DNA of 64,000 bases, from the NCBI RefSeq assembly GCF_035084215.1, contig NC_090356.1, forward strand, positions 15,438,001 through 15,502,000, given 5' to 3'. The notes under the pieces were generated by a model. That model made no database searches, was not told the DNA's origin, and saw only the letters and a list, made by a program, of their open reading frames with translations. Shown here piece by piece: positions 14,542 through 27,760 of the stretch. The stretch is from Heptranchias perlo (Eukaryota). Both the position numbers and the translations under genes were made by a program. The first letter of the stretch is position 1; every line of letters starts with the position of its first letter.

Positions 14542-15818
14542 CCCGGTGGGGCCCGAGAGAGGGAGAGAGAGCGCGCGGGCGCGCGCGAGCTCGAGATCGA
14601 GCTGGCGCGCTCCCGCGAACTGCCCGAAAGCGCGAACCCGTGCAGAGCTCCCGTGACAGTGAGTCCCGGCTGATTTGTACCACATTTGTAGACATGATGT
14701 GGATTCAAATGTGATTTCAAATAAAGCTGTTGGACTATAACCTTGATGTGGAGATGCCGGTGATGGACTGGGGTTGACAATTGTAAACAATTTTACAACA
14801 CCAAGTTATAGTCCAGCAATTTTATTTTTAATCCTATAACCTGGTGTTGTGCGACTCCTTACATTTGTCCACATTTGTAGAAGTTTTGTCTCTTGCCTCC
14901 CCCCCCCCCCCATTACAGTTCAGACTTTCTTCTAATATCTTTACTCACATAAATTACTAGATAACAGTTTCCACATACAAAGTTTCCTAGAAACTGAAAC
15001 TTGTGTCCTTATTCTTTGTCGTGTGTCTGGGCTACAGCAGCCCAGGTCCAGCAATTAACCCTGAAGCACAGTCACTTGCTCACTGGAGAATATAGGGGAT
15101 GCCCACCACATTTTCCTGTCAGCTCAGTTGGTGGGAAATATCAGACTGCATTCAAATTAAAATTAATTACTGTCCAAATTTATTTACAAGTAACATGCTA
15201 CGTAAAAGCAGATCATAGGAAAAATACTAAACAGCACCACAATAAAAAAACTACTACCTGCAAACTGAGTTGACTTTTTAAAAACTGCTTCTCTCAACTA
15301 ACTCTTAGTCTCTGATGGTATAGATGTATTTTTTTAAAAAAATTCAGAACTCTATAAACCCGTCTGACATTTACGTATTAAATCACTCTGATGTAGAAGT
15401 AGTCTCTTTAAAGATTGTTTTTAACAGTAAGAATCTGGAGCCTAACACCGCAAAAAAAAAAGGGTGAATATCACAGAAATAGTGTCTCCCCTTAATGGTG
15501 TTCAACTGGCTTGGTTTTAATATTTGGGACTCAATTTACCTTCAAAAATATTGAAGATTATTCGTTTTTTAAAAAAATGTCGTTTAGAATGCGGTTCATC
15601 AGAATGTTGGAAACTCGTTCAAGTCAAAGCCTCACCAACGGAACGAAGTGACAGCGCTCAGTTGGAAGGAGCATCCGGAGGACTTTACGCGTGGACTGAG
15701 GCTGACACGGTGACTAGGGGGAGCAGTTTGATCAAGGACACAATGTGGCGGGGTGAAGGCCGGGTGATGGTGATGCTGCTGCGACAATAACCAGAATCGG
15801 CCGCAGTGCTCGGTTATC
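14542..15818. promoter_or_regulatory. Divergent (head-to-head) promoter region of PPIH and TAF10
   Basis: The two ATGs face away from each other about 1.3 kb apart; CpG-rich patches at about 14250-14670 and 15600-16070; a repeat fragment sits at about 14690-14880. Confidence 0.65.
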
Positions 15819-15915
15819 ATGAACTCGGAGAACTCGCAGCTGACTCTGGCGGGCAGCGGGGCCGCGGCTGGTAGTACAGGCGCCGCCGCTGCCGCCAGCA
15901 GCGTGGCTGGAAACG
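15819..15915 (+). CDS. TAF10: TAF10 exon 1 (Ala/Gly-rich N-terminus)
   Basis: ATG...AAC G|GTGAGT; 97 nt, phase 1, joins exon 2 in frame. Confidence 0.85.
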
Positions 15916-18853
15916 GTGAGTGCGGACTAGCGGGTCGGGAGGCTCAGGTTGCTTTGCGGCCTACATCCTGGGAGGCTTGGGAGCCCCGGAGCCCTGGAGC
16001 GGAATCGGAGAGGGTACCTCGTTGGGATCACAGCCGCAGTCACCGTTCTTGTCTGCGGGAAGTTACCTGAATTCAGCTGTTTGAAATGTAGCGCTTTGTT
16101 TTTTAAAGAAAAAACTTAAACGCATATCAATATTAAACAACCTGCCGCAGTTAATGATCTGCAGGAACATTTTATTCATATTTCTTCAACTTTTGTTCTC
16201 TCCTATAATATCTACAATACTAAACCAGCGCTGAACACCTCAACATTGTTATCTAATCAAAATCGTTATTTAATCAAAGTCACATTACATTCTCTGTGTT
16301 CAGGAATCATTATCCCTCCTGACTTCTCTTCAGCCTTTGCCATTCTACTCCTATGCCTCTCTGTTGTCTAGCTTGGACTGTTCTTTCTTGGTTCCACTCT
16401 TACGTATCCATTCCTAGCCACACCATCTCTACTAATGGATTCTCTTTCCACTCAGGCGGCCCCTAAAGATCCGCCTTGCTCTGTCCACAGCATTGAGAGC
16501 ATTCTTGACTGTCATCAATGCCATCCTTTGTAACCGGTGTGTTATTCCTCTTCGACCTCTCCACAGTGTTTAACATGGTTTATAACTCCATTCTCCTCCA
16601 CCATTTCTCCTCTGGTCTATATCTGCAATTCCACCCTTGCTTGATTCCACTCCTATCTGCCCCAACATAGCCAGCACTTCTCTAACAATGGCTTCTCCTC
16701 TCACTGTGCATGGCCATCTTAGGTATATCTCAAGGATACATCCTTGGCCCTCTCCTTTTTCTCATTTGCATGTTGCCACAGCGACATCACCTGTAGGCAT
16801 GGGACAACTTCTATGCTGATGATCCCCAGCTCAACCTCTCCACCACTATCGTTGACTTCATGATCACCGTTGTAGTTTCAGATTGTTGATGAGCCAACTG
16901 AATGTTGGCTTTTCACCAACAGGATATTGCCAAGATCATAGTCATCCTATTCGGCTACTATGAAAAACCTCCATTTCCTTGACCTGACTACCTCATTCCT
17001 GGTTGCTTACTCGGGCAGAACCAGATAGTTTCTAACCTTGTTGCACTGTTTGACCACAAGCTCAGCTGCAAATCACATATCATCCATCCATAAAACTTTT
17101 TTCTTCCATCTCCATAGTATTGCCCATCTCTGTCCTTACATCACTGTACCACCACTGAAATCTTTATTGATGCTTTTGTTACCTGTCAGCTTAACTTCTA
17201 CACCTGAACTGCACTCTATACAAATCTGGTGCACGCATACGTTCCTGCATCAAGTTCCACTCATCTGTCACTCCTATTCGTGATGATCTCCTTTGACTCC
17301 CTGTTCCTATTGCACTAAATTTAAAATTCTTGTTTCAGTTTACAAATCAACATCCTCGTCCTACTCTACCCCTGCAATCTTGCCCAGCTGGGCTCTTCAA
17401 TCCTGCAGCTGTGCAACCCTTCTCCCTCCACTCTACCATTGGTGGCAGAGCATTCATCTGTCTCAGCCATACTACTGGAACTCTCTCCTTTAAACTCTCT
17501 GTCTTATTCCTTCTTTCCGAGTCTTTAAAAGCCTTCTTATGACCTTTCTCTTAGACCGTGCATTTGGTCACCTCTTCTAACTCTTACTGTCAGTATCTGT
17601 TTCTCCTCCATGAAAGGCTATTAAAATGTTAAATATACAGATCTGTTCAATGATTTTTAAAGATTAGTTTATAATAAATTATACATATATAATACACACA
17701 CGCATGCTTGCATACCCTCTCCCCAGCTTAATAAATACGTGCTACAATGCCCCTTAAAGCAATGCAAAAATTAGTTTTTCTTCTCCCAGCCTCTCCTGAA
17801 GGCACTGATTTTTTTTTTCCCCCTTAGGCTGCAATATGGTTCCACAGGCATGGTTATCCTTCCATACCTCATCCAAGTGACTGTTAATTCAAGTGTGAGC
17901 CTTGACCATGAGTGCCAGCAGGCTATGCAACTGTGGAGGTTATCACAGCCAAGTCCAATCCTGTTGTCACCATGTGGCTGTACTTGTCTACACATGCACA
18001 TTTCCAGTAGAGGTTGTTATAAAGCAAGCAGGAGTGGGAACCTTGGCTGATTCTCCTCTTTCCCCCACCTCCCTAGCCCAGAGGTCTAATTGTAAGGGCT
18101 TTATCGTGGCTCCGTCTGTATTTGGCGGCTCAAAGCAGGAGATCAAAATTAGGACTTCCTGGTCTGTATGGCTCAGAGATGAGACTACTCCTGACCTGGC
18201 TGGATAGCACATGAAAATATGTTGAATGAGAATTAGCTCTGATTCAGATTAGGCTTAGCCAATCAGGGCCAAAAATGCAAATGAGTTTTCTCAGTTAATC
18301 CAACAGTGCTGTAATATTGGATCCAAGCAACCAAATGAAATGTGTATTGTACTGGATTACTTAGTCATGTAATTCATTTTGTGTCAATGTAAAGAATTGT
18401 ATCGTATCCACTTTTTGTTTGTGGGACTTCCAGATATTTAATGTTTCCCCCTCCCCTGTTAATCACTTTGGTGCAGTACCAGCTATAAGTGTTGTTAACC
18501 AGTAATGGTCACTATTGAGAAATTGGCACTGTGAATGCTGGTGATACAATATTGGCAAAATGAACAAGAAGCAAAGATTCACAGTCTTCAATTTTCCTGA
18601 GTTTGTCCTAAAGAATTTGTAAAAGTATTTATAAAAGACTTTGCACCTGCTCCATGATATATCAACCTGCAAGACCCTATCGATTGTGATATAGCAAAAG
18701 AAAAAGCCAGTTTACATTAAGCATTAGGAAATGTCTAATGCAAATAGGAAAATATATTCTCGCTGAATTGTGAAAGCTGCTGTACATAAATGGTTACTGT
18801 TCTGTTATTGGAATAAGTTGATCACAATGTATCTTTTCTTCCTGTGTTTTCAG

Positions 18854-19002
18854 TTCCAACTGCTGCTGCTTCTGCAACAGAGACTTCCGTTTCAAATGGT
18901 GTCTATGTTCCTCAAGGGATTGCCAATGGGGATGTCAAACCTATTATATCAACAACACCACTGGCAGACTTCCTTATGCAATTAGAAGATTATACACCAA
19001 CA
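18854..19002 (+). CDS. TAF10: TAF10 exon 2
   Basis: ttttcag| ...SNGVYVPQGIANGDVKPIISTTPLADFLMQLEDYTPT |gtaagt. Confidence 0.95.
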
Positions 19003-20479
19003 GTAAGTTTATTTGTAATGTATTAATAATTCAAGCTCATTTTTGAAAACAGAATTTAAGTGTACAGTTATACTGGCTTTCCACATTTTCTATTTGCTTC
19101 TCAGTTAAACAAAGTGCTCATAAATTATAATAAGCTGCATTATAAAACTAAAGTTATTAGTATGACATATAAACTGACAACGTTTCCAATACTTAAATGA
19201 CCAGTTCCATTTCCCTACAGATTTTGTAGTACTGGAGATCTGCCGAAATTGAAGTTGATTTTAGGTTGTAGGGAATGGGACTGGGAGGCCAAGAGTAATC
19301 ACAATTCAGATCAATATATAGTTTTGAGTATTGATTTCTACAGATGGAACCAAAGATATTTGGAAATCAATCAAAATCAAGGTTAGGGATGATGGAAACA
19401 GAAAAATTTGGAACTGCACAACAGGTTGTTCAGGATCTGAAAGGGAAAGACATATTATTATTTCTGATGAAGTTTAGATGGGATATTAATTTGATGTCTC
19501 CTAAATATGTAACCAGAAATCCAGTTCAAGTATGGGAAAGATATTTAGGTGGAGCCTCAATAACTGTGCGATTTGCAAAATAATCCTCCATTTTTCATTG
19601 TGTTCAGAAAATATACATGTGCAATATACATGTTCTGAGCTATCAGTCAAACTCATTTTAGGGAGAGAGAGGAGATTTTCATCTAAGTTGGACTGAATTT
19701 AAACCTAAATTCTTGAAGTGAAAGGAATATGTTCTAACCCACTGCAGAAGTCAGTTGCCTCGATTGTTGTGTTTTGATTCATTTCTAATGCACTGCAGTT
19801 GACTTTACAAAAGTGTATCCATGTGTGTAGCAAGTTTAAAATTGAGAACTGCTTAGGATTTTTGCTTGGTTTAAGTTTTTTGAGGGCACTTCATTCCAAT
19901 ACAATGAACTGAACATGCTATATGCTTCACCACTTTAATATCAGCATTCATGTAAATTACAGAATTGTTTTTTTGAGAATTAACTGCAATTGTTACTTCT
20001 CAAACCAACATGAGTTTTGATGAGCTGTTTACAGTCTCAAGGGTCATTAAAGGAATTTTAGGTTTAGTTTTACTTTTTTTGTCTGTGACTAGCATATGCC
20101 AGTGCAAAGAAACATTACAACAAAAGCAAACATGCTCTAAAAGCTGGACTGTATCATTCCCAGTGTCCTTCCTTCTATGCTTCTCTGACATACAAGTTAT
20201 TTAGAAAAGAAATTGTTCAAAATCTGGGTACTTGGAACTCACATAAGCTAAGTACAAAAGCTTTTTGCAAAGCATACGGCCTCTTTGGAACTCGATGTAC
20301 TATACTTAATGTCATTTAGGGAAATGGTCTCACAGCAATTTGAGAATATTTGATAAATGAGCAGCCATATTAGCCGCATGAAATCTCAGTGTTGAATGAC
20401 TCAAGTAGGCTGTCATTGCCAATTCACCAATTTTAAATGTAGCATTGAGTTCTTACCTCTTGCCTTTTGAACATTTCAG

Positions 20480-20544
20480 ATACCAGATGCTGTGACAGGA
20501 TATTATCTGAATCGAGCAGGGTTTGAGGCTTCTGATCCTCGAAT
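20480..20544 (+). CDS. TAF10: TAF10 exon 3
   Basis: tttcag| IPDAVTGYYLNRAGFEASDPR(I) |gtacgt. Confidence 0.95.
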
Positions 20545-20724
20545 GTACGTTAATGTTTTGACTTGCATGACTAGCCTTTTCTAGTATTGTGTAATAATGT
20601 TAATTTACAGAGTTTCTATCCATGGTTTCTACTGTGAGAAATGTTTAATTTTAAAAGCATTTTATGCTTGCACTAGTGAATAAAGCCTGCACGATTTCAG
20701 GAGACTCCCCCCACCCTACCCCGC

Positions 20725-20755
<31 letters not shown>

Positions 20756-21082
20756 ACCTTTAGTAAGCCTCTGTGAACAGATATTCAAAGTAGGAGATGG
20801 ATGGAAGTTATAATTGCTAGAATTTGTAGATTGACTGACTTCTCTGAAGAATCCCCCGCCCCTGTGGAGCCTCCCAGGAATGTAGAAACAACTATTTTTC
20901 TCTTCGGCAATGAGAAAGAATATTGATTCTACAGATGATGCTGTTTCCATCATTTAATTTATAAAACTTTCAATAATCTCTGAAGAATTAACATGTATTT
21001 ACTGTGAAATAAAACTGGATGTATGCATAGAACGTAATGACCATTAAATCAGGCTTTTGACCTCATTGTGTTTTCTAAACAG

Positions 21083-21197
21083 AATTCGTTTAATATCTTT
21101 GGCCGCACAAAAGTTCATCTCAGATATTGCAAACGATGCCTTGCAGCACTGTAAAATGAAGGGAACTGCGTCAGGAAGCTCCAGAAACAAAAGCAAG
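21083..21197 (+). CDS. TAF10: TAF10 exon 4
   Basis: aacag| IRLISLAAQKFISDIANDALQHCKMKGTASGSSRNKSK |gtttgt. Confidence 0.95.
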
Positions 21198-22427
21198 GTT
21201 TGTTTCCATTGAACGTAGCAACGGTGCTGGTCTTCGAGCAAAGGAAAGCACCTGCATAAAGATTTTACCCACCAAAACAATATTGTAAGAACAGAATGCA
21301 CAGCTTTTATCTGAGCTTTTGAAAATCTATGGTGAAGTGCACTTTGTACAATTTTGTAAAACTGCAATGTTGTAATTTAGTCTAGAAAATCAATCTGTAG
21401 TGCTTCCTTTGATATTTGTATTTGTCATTTAATGTGCTATTCATTTTTTAGAATACAAATTCGTTTTCAGAGATCAACAGCCCAAGGGAATTCCAGACTT
21501 TTAAAAAAAAAATGTTTTCAGCACACACTGTTAACACAAACCAACACTAATTTAGCAAAGAAAAAGCTTTGCAAATGTCAGGAGCTGTAGTATTGTGTTG
21601 AAATTACAGTTACTTGGGCCAGTCTCATAGAAAATTACACACACATTACAACATGGAAACAGGCCATTTGGCCCAACCAGTCCATGTTGGTCTTTATTCA
21701 GTCAGTAACTCTGGTAGTGCATTCCACAGCCTCGCAACCCTCTGTGTAAACAAAAAAGGTTTCTCCTGCTTTCTGTCCTAAATGTCTCATGTACATCTCT
21801 ATCATTCTAGATCCCTCAATCACTGGAAACAGTCTCTATCTACCCTGCCCCATCCCGCCAATTTTAAACACCTGTATCACATCACACCTTAATCTCTTCT
21901 GTTCTAATGAAAACATCCCCAATTTTTCAAGCTATTCTTCATATTTGTACTACTTCATACCAAACAGAATTCCAGTGGATCCTCTCTGCACTCTTTATAT
22001 TGTCTCTAAGTCCATCCTACAGTATTCTATTAGCTTTTTTATCGCCATAGCCACTTGAGGTGCTGCTTTTAATACCATGTGAATGTGAATCCCCAAATCC
22101 ATCCGCTGTTCCACATCACCCAACCGTACTAAAATATTCCACTTTTTTGCCCATTCCATCATCCTTTCAACATCACCTTGAAGTTTCCTTTGGTCCCCAG
22201 AATTATTTACTATCAGATTGTCTGGCGTTAATGGAGCAGGTGGGAAAAAATAATCTCAAAATGAAAACTTTTTATTTGAAGATAGTTAAAGTCAAATTCT
22301 GGGAATCATGTCTTATGAGCTGCTGCTGTCTTCTGTTTGTATTCTTTTACTATTTGTAGGAGGTTTTCTAAATCGTTTTCAAAATCATTGCCTAAGTACC
22401 TGTATTATGTCATCTTGTCTATTTTAG

Positions 22428-22517
22428 GACAAAAAATACACCCTCACCATGGAGGATTTAATTCCTGCTCTCACTGAATATGGTATAAATGTGAAGAAAC
22501 CTCATTACTTTACATAA
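22428..22517 (+). CDS. TAF10: TAF10 exon 5 (stop codon); spliced CDS 516 nt, 171 aa
   Basis: ttttag| DKKYTLTMEDLIPALTEYGINVKKPHYFT*; candidate AATAAA at 23755-23760. Confidence 0.95.
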   Translation, partial: DKKYTLTMEDLIPALTEYGINVKKPHYFT

Positions 22518-25500
22518 AGATCTGGAAGCATCTTCATCAACAAACTAGTGACTACTTATTAACATCAACAAATGCTGTACAGTGTTAGATCCGAATGCCT
22601 TTCAACAAATATGAAAATGGAAAAGAAATATGCCACATGTTGAGAAGTTGCCCAATCTGACAAGTTCTAAAGTGGTTTAAAATCTACATCCAACATTTGT
22701 TCATCGTTTGCAGGGCTTCATTATTTTTCACTTGTTTCTCGTATTTCCTTTTGAATTGTTAGTTGTGATGATAGAAAGAGTTGAAATAATTTTTGAATCT
22801 GTATACAATGAGTTTTGAAGGTATCGTTTTCCATTCTGTAAATCTAGTCAGGATCAGTTTAAAATAGAACCTAAATTAAAATCCTACGGAATATAATGGC
22901 CTTTAGGAAATGTTCTGTATAATGGTTTTTCAAAAGTAGTAAGCTAGTTTTATCAACCAGTAAGAGGATAGCCATATTATTTTCAGGTGCAGTTGCATGT
23001 TTTTCAAATGATGCATTTCAAAAGTGTTCACCTTGTAAATCTGTCCATGTAAAAAATTGTTTTGTGTAGTCAATTTATTTTTCTTTTTGAGGGGAAAGGG
23101 GAGCACAACCGATTTCTCCTCTGTATTTGAAAAAAATCAAAGCAGCTGTCTGCTTTTCTCCAGTAACATCAGGTAGTCCAGCTTTTGATCAGTTAAACTA
23201 AAGTAGAAGGAAAGAAAGTTAGCCATACGGGGAAAAAAATAATTTTTAAAGTATACCATTTAAATTTGAAACTGCAGTTTCAGCTATATTGATCAGAAGA
23301 GTGGTGGAGACTTAAAACTGTTCTAACAGGTCATTTTTGGTTCTCTGTAAAACAAGTCTAACAAAATGATTACCATCTCTTTAAAACTGAGAATTTATTA
23401 ACAGAATAAGTTGATTTAAGCTTTGTCTAAATTGATCTCACTTTTTTAAACCTTAGAATTTAATTATATTGTTTTCTTAAATGTTTAAAAAGTTCAGGTA
23501 ACCATTTAATTTGTCTTCAACTGCCTTGGATTCCATCTCTATTTTACCATAGAATTTATAAAAGATGTGAGCATTAGGCTAGGTTTGTGTATGTTGAGTT
23601 GAGTGAGTGGATTTGTTCCTGTAGGAGTAAGGGCTTATTACATTTAAAGATGTTCAGTCACGAGAAATGCAGAACTGCAGTAGTTTCATACCTTTTTTAT
23701 TTGCAATCTTGCACAAAGAAAGATTCCTCCATTCTATAAATGTCCATTTCTTACAATAAATTTACACTTAATTTTGTTTTTTGACAGAATTATTGACATA
23801 CAAACCACAGTCCTACCCACTTGTATCGACAGTTTGTTGGGGGGGGGGCGGGGATTGTAATTTTGACGGCTTAAGTGGTTTGTCGAAATAAGCAGACATT
23901 ACAGTTTTCCATTATCTTACTGCTGTCAATTTCACCAAAGCTCTCTTTCCTCTGAGTTGCTGACCCTTTTTCTGCTGGATACACTGCCCTATTGGGGCCA
24001 AGTAATGCGATGCTTTCTGCCTAACCATCTTTTGTTATGGCCTGTTGACGCAAGTGGTTTTTTAAAAAAAAAAGCTTTTCTGTGTTAGGGACAGTAACAA
24101 AAAATTGTCGATATAAGTGAGTCATATTTTATGTTGGCGTCGACATTGATGGTAAGTGTTTGGTATTAATGTGCGGAGATGGGACTAGGACTTCTTTTTG
24201 TCGAAATAAGTGGGATTTTGATATTTTCCAGATCTATACTGAGGTTACAACAAAGTTTGTCTATCATCCCAATGTTATGTCCACTGTGGTGATGCACTGT
24301 TTAACCTATAAAAAATGAGGGCATATTCACTTGCAGTGATCTGGACTGTGGGAACCATGTGATCAGCACCTCCAATTAGGTGTTTACAGCTGCCAAATCT
24401 GCTAAAAGATTGGAAGCTATTAATGATTGGCAACCTGTCCATGGAGGCATTTTCTGGAGTTCAAAAACCTATGAGGCTCTTTGTGAAAATACATGTCACT
24501 GATATTCCTGTTACATTTTTTTTGAAATTTCCACATTTTATTTTATTTCATTTAGCTTTTTGGACACAAAAGTCCGACTAACCATGGTGGACATCTGAGT
24601 CTCCAACCATGTTCATTTCATTCTTGTATTTCATTTCCATTTACCTTTTTACTTTAAATCCATGTGCCAGTCGTTATTTTTCTTTTTATTCAGAGATGTC
24701 CATCCTCGGTGCTTTTCTAGTCTTAAACTGAACCTAATTATATTGTGGTCATTGTTTCCTAAATATTCTCCTACTTTTAAATAGTAGTTCACCTGCTTTC
24801 CCTTTAAAGTTTTGGTCCTGCCTCTCTCGCTCATTCATGCACTCTTGTTGGTTTGGTATACCAGTGGTTGGAGTGTGGCCTTTTCTTCCTTTCTCTGTTC
24901 TGGAGGTTGACATGTCTGAAGGATTTTGGAGTACAGTTTGTTTGTGAAGAGATGCCCCCTACTGCAAAGTCATTAAAGTACCATTTCAAACTGGTACAGG
25001 GAGCCTTTAAGTGCTTAGCAATCCTGAGACTCCAACTTGTGAAGCAATGCTTTCACTGTTCAGTTAGTGACACATTCAAAAATTAAGTTGATCCTTTAGA
25101 ATAAACATTGAACTAATGTATTGTCAAAATTACTTCATAGCTGTGACACTTTTAAAAATTTTAGTTCTTGGGGTGTGGGTGATGCTGGCAAGACTGTCTA
25201 GTTGCCCTGAGCAGGTGGTGGGCCTTGAACTACTACAGTCCTTGTGGTGAGGGTGCATCCATAATGGTGTTAAGTAGGGAACTCTGGGACATTGACTCAG
25301 TTACAATGAAGGAACAATGATATATATTCAAATCAGGATGGCGTGTGACTGGAAGGTGATTGTATAAACATGAGAACACCATCAGCGCACCAATTAGCTT
25401 TCTTGAAAATATGTGATTATATGTGTGAATTGCATTGGGATGGATATACAAAATGATTATAGTAATAGCCACTCTGTGGTGTGTAGCAGAGTGGGTGTTC

Positions 25501-25631
25501 AAGCTATAGCAATGAATTCTGAAAAGCCAAAGCATAGTGGGGTTTTTTTTGCTCCATTTATTGAATTCTGGGAAACTTAAAGGTAACACTGATTCCTGGA
25601 ATCTAAGAAACCAGGATAAAGACTGCCACGC

Positions 25632-25870
25632 CGAGGAAGGAGAGTCACTCAGTCCACATGTACAAAGTAATAAAGCAGGTTCGGCCCGATGCCTGCACCT
25701 CCAAAGCCATGAGCATCATGAATGATATTTTCGAGCCCATCGCGGGTGAAGTTTACCGCCTGGCCCATTACTACGAGCACCCCACCATCAGCTTCCGGAG
25801 GATCCAGATTGCTGTGTGCCTGCTGCAGGCCGTGTCGGAAGAAATAACCAAGTACACCAGCTCCAAGTAA
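25632..25870 (+). pseudogene. Histone H2B-derived pseudogene fragment
   Basis: [44 protein letters not shown]...TKYTSSK* aligns to H2B with several internal deletions; no intact N-terminus. Confidence 0.85.
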
Positions 25871-27349
25871 AACTCCACATTTACAGCTGGCCACCAGATG
25901 GCTGTTATCCTGGAGCCATAAGGTGCCACAAAATGGTTTCCTTGGTTAGCCTTAAAGCTGACAGGTGACACACATTTCTTTGAAAGCTGGTTTATGATTC
26001 TAGCTATGGCTTAAGTGCTATGAAAATTAAAAGATAAACAACAGTCAGGAGCTTCTATCCTCCAACCAGGTGTAGGTTGACCATAATTTCTGACTCAATA
26101 GGTCTATTTAATTTGATTGGCATATTGAAAGAGACTCACGAACTGGTTAACCCTTCTTAACTCGACATTAAGGTTCACAGCTAGTGAAATTTAATGTATA
26201 AAAAGGGCCAATTCTTCGTTCTCAAATTTGGAGCATCAACAGTTTGGCAGTCAGCAGAAGGCGGAGGAGGTCTTGCTTTCCTCAGCATAAATTGACCAGT
26301 TAGAAAAAGAGTTAAGCCAGAGACAGCTGAGCGGGCCGAGTTTAGGCGGACAGTAGCTCGTCAGAAAAGCAAGCATAAAGAACTTAAAGCTGAAGTTGTA
26401 AGATTAATGGAGTTGCTAAACTAAACGGACAGAAACAAAACTTGTAAGGTGTTTTGCCATGGTATTTAATCTCATGCCTCTGCACTGAAAGGCTGAGGTA
26501 CAATGTGAATCTGACAGCCCTTGCTGGGTAGCTAAACCAGAAAGCATAAAGGCATAACAGGACAGCACAGATGATGACTCACCATGGGCGTTCTAAGGGA
26601 AAGAGGAGCATCCAGGGGGAAGTCGAACAGCTGGATCATGAAGTTTATTTACCAAAGGACCAGGTGATAAATGTACTGTATGAGCCATATGGTAGCCTCA
26701 GACTGAACCGTTCTCAGCTATGGCTAAAGCACAGCAAGATGTTAAAGTCCACAGGAAATAAATAAATACGCTGTCATTTTATAACCTTTACTTAACTTCC
26801 TAGTACCCTTAACTGTTAAAGCTGAACAAGATAATGCTAACTGTAGCAGAAAACCTAACCAAAGCCTGTTGTAAGATCGATGCTTTATCGGATGAGTATC
26901 TTAGTGTATTAACTTACATGTGTATTAAATTTAGCACAGTTACAACATCTGTGTCTGACTGCTAACTGTAGCAAGAGGGAATTAACTCATTTTACTCAGG
27001 TTGTACTGTAGTTCTACATTCATTGGCTTAGGGCATAACTAATATATTACTCTGGACCGTTAAGTAAGGCAGTTCAGAGTTATCTAATGCAGCATTTTAT
27101 AAACCTTAGTTATATATAGTGGAATCTGATCTAGTCCGTATATACGTGGGAAGAGAAAGGGCAAAGATTGTTCCGACACATCTGACACATTCAGGTCAAA
27201 TATCCCACGTTCGAAGAGTATATTCCGTACACATGGGATACGTTGCAAAATCTACAGGTGTCAGCAACTACATAACAGAAGTAGCTATTTTGGGAGGTCA
27301 TAAAGAGAATTATCTGAAGTGTGGTCAGATATAACTCCAAAGTGTGAAG

Positions 27350-27760
27350 AAAGAATTTGCTGTTCACAGCCAATTAAGTACTTTTTAAAGTGTAGTCACT
27401 GACATAATGTAGGAAATGTGGCAGCCAATTTGCACACAAGGTCCCACAAACAGCAATGAAATAAATGACCACATAATTTGCTTTAGTGATGTTGATTGAG
27501 GAATAAATGTTGGCCAGGACACCAGGAGAAACTCCCCTGCTCTTCTTCAAATAGTGCCATGGGATCCTTTACATACTGTGAGGGCAGGTGGGATCTTACT
27601 TTAATATCTCATTTGAAAGATGGCACATTCAACAGTGTACATTCCCTCAGTATTGTACTGGAGTGTCAGCTGAGATTACACACTCCAATCTCTAGAGTGG
27701 GACTTAAACACACAACCTTCTGTCTCAGGCGAGAGTACTATAGCTGAGCCAAGGCTGACA
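27350..27760 (-). mobile_element. tRNA-derived SINE (Deu-type core)
   Basis: Reverse-complement homologue of 44563-44975; another copy at about 52980-53330. Confidence 0.7.

Noticed and set aside
25900-27330. Compositionally distinct segment, possibly a decayed LTR or viral remnant
   Set aside because: No recognisable protein motif or terminal repeat to support a call.
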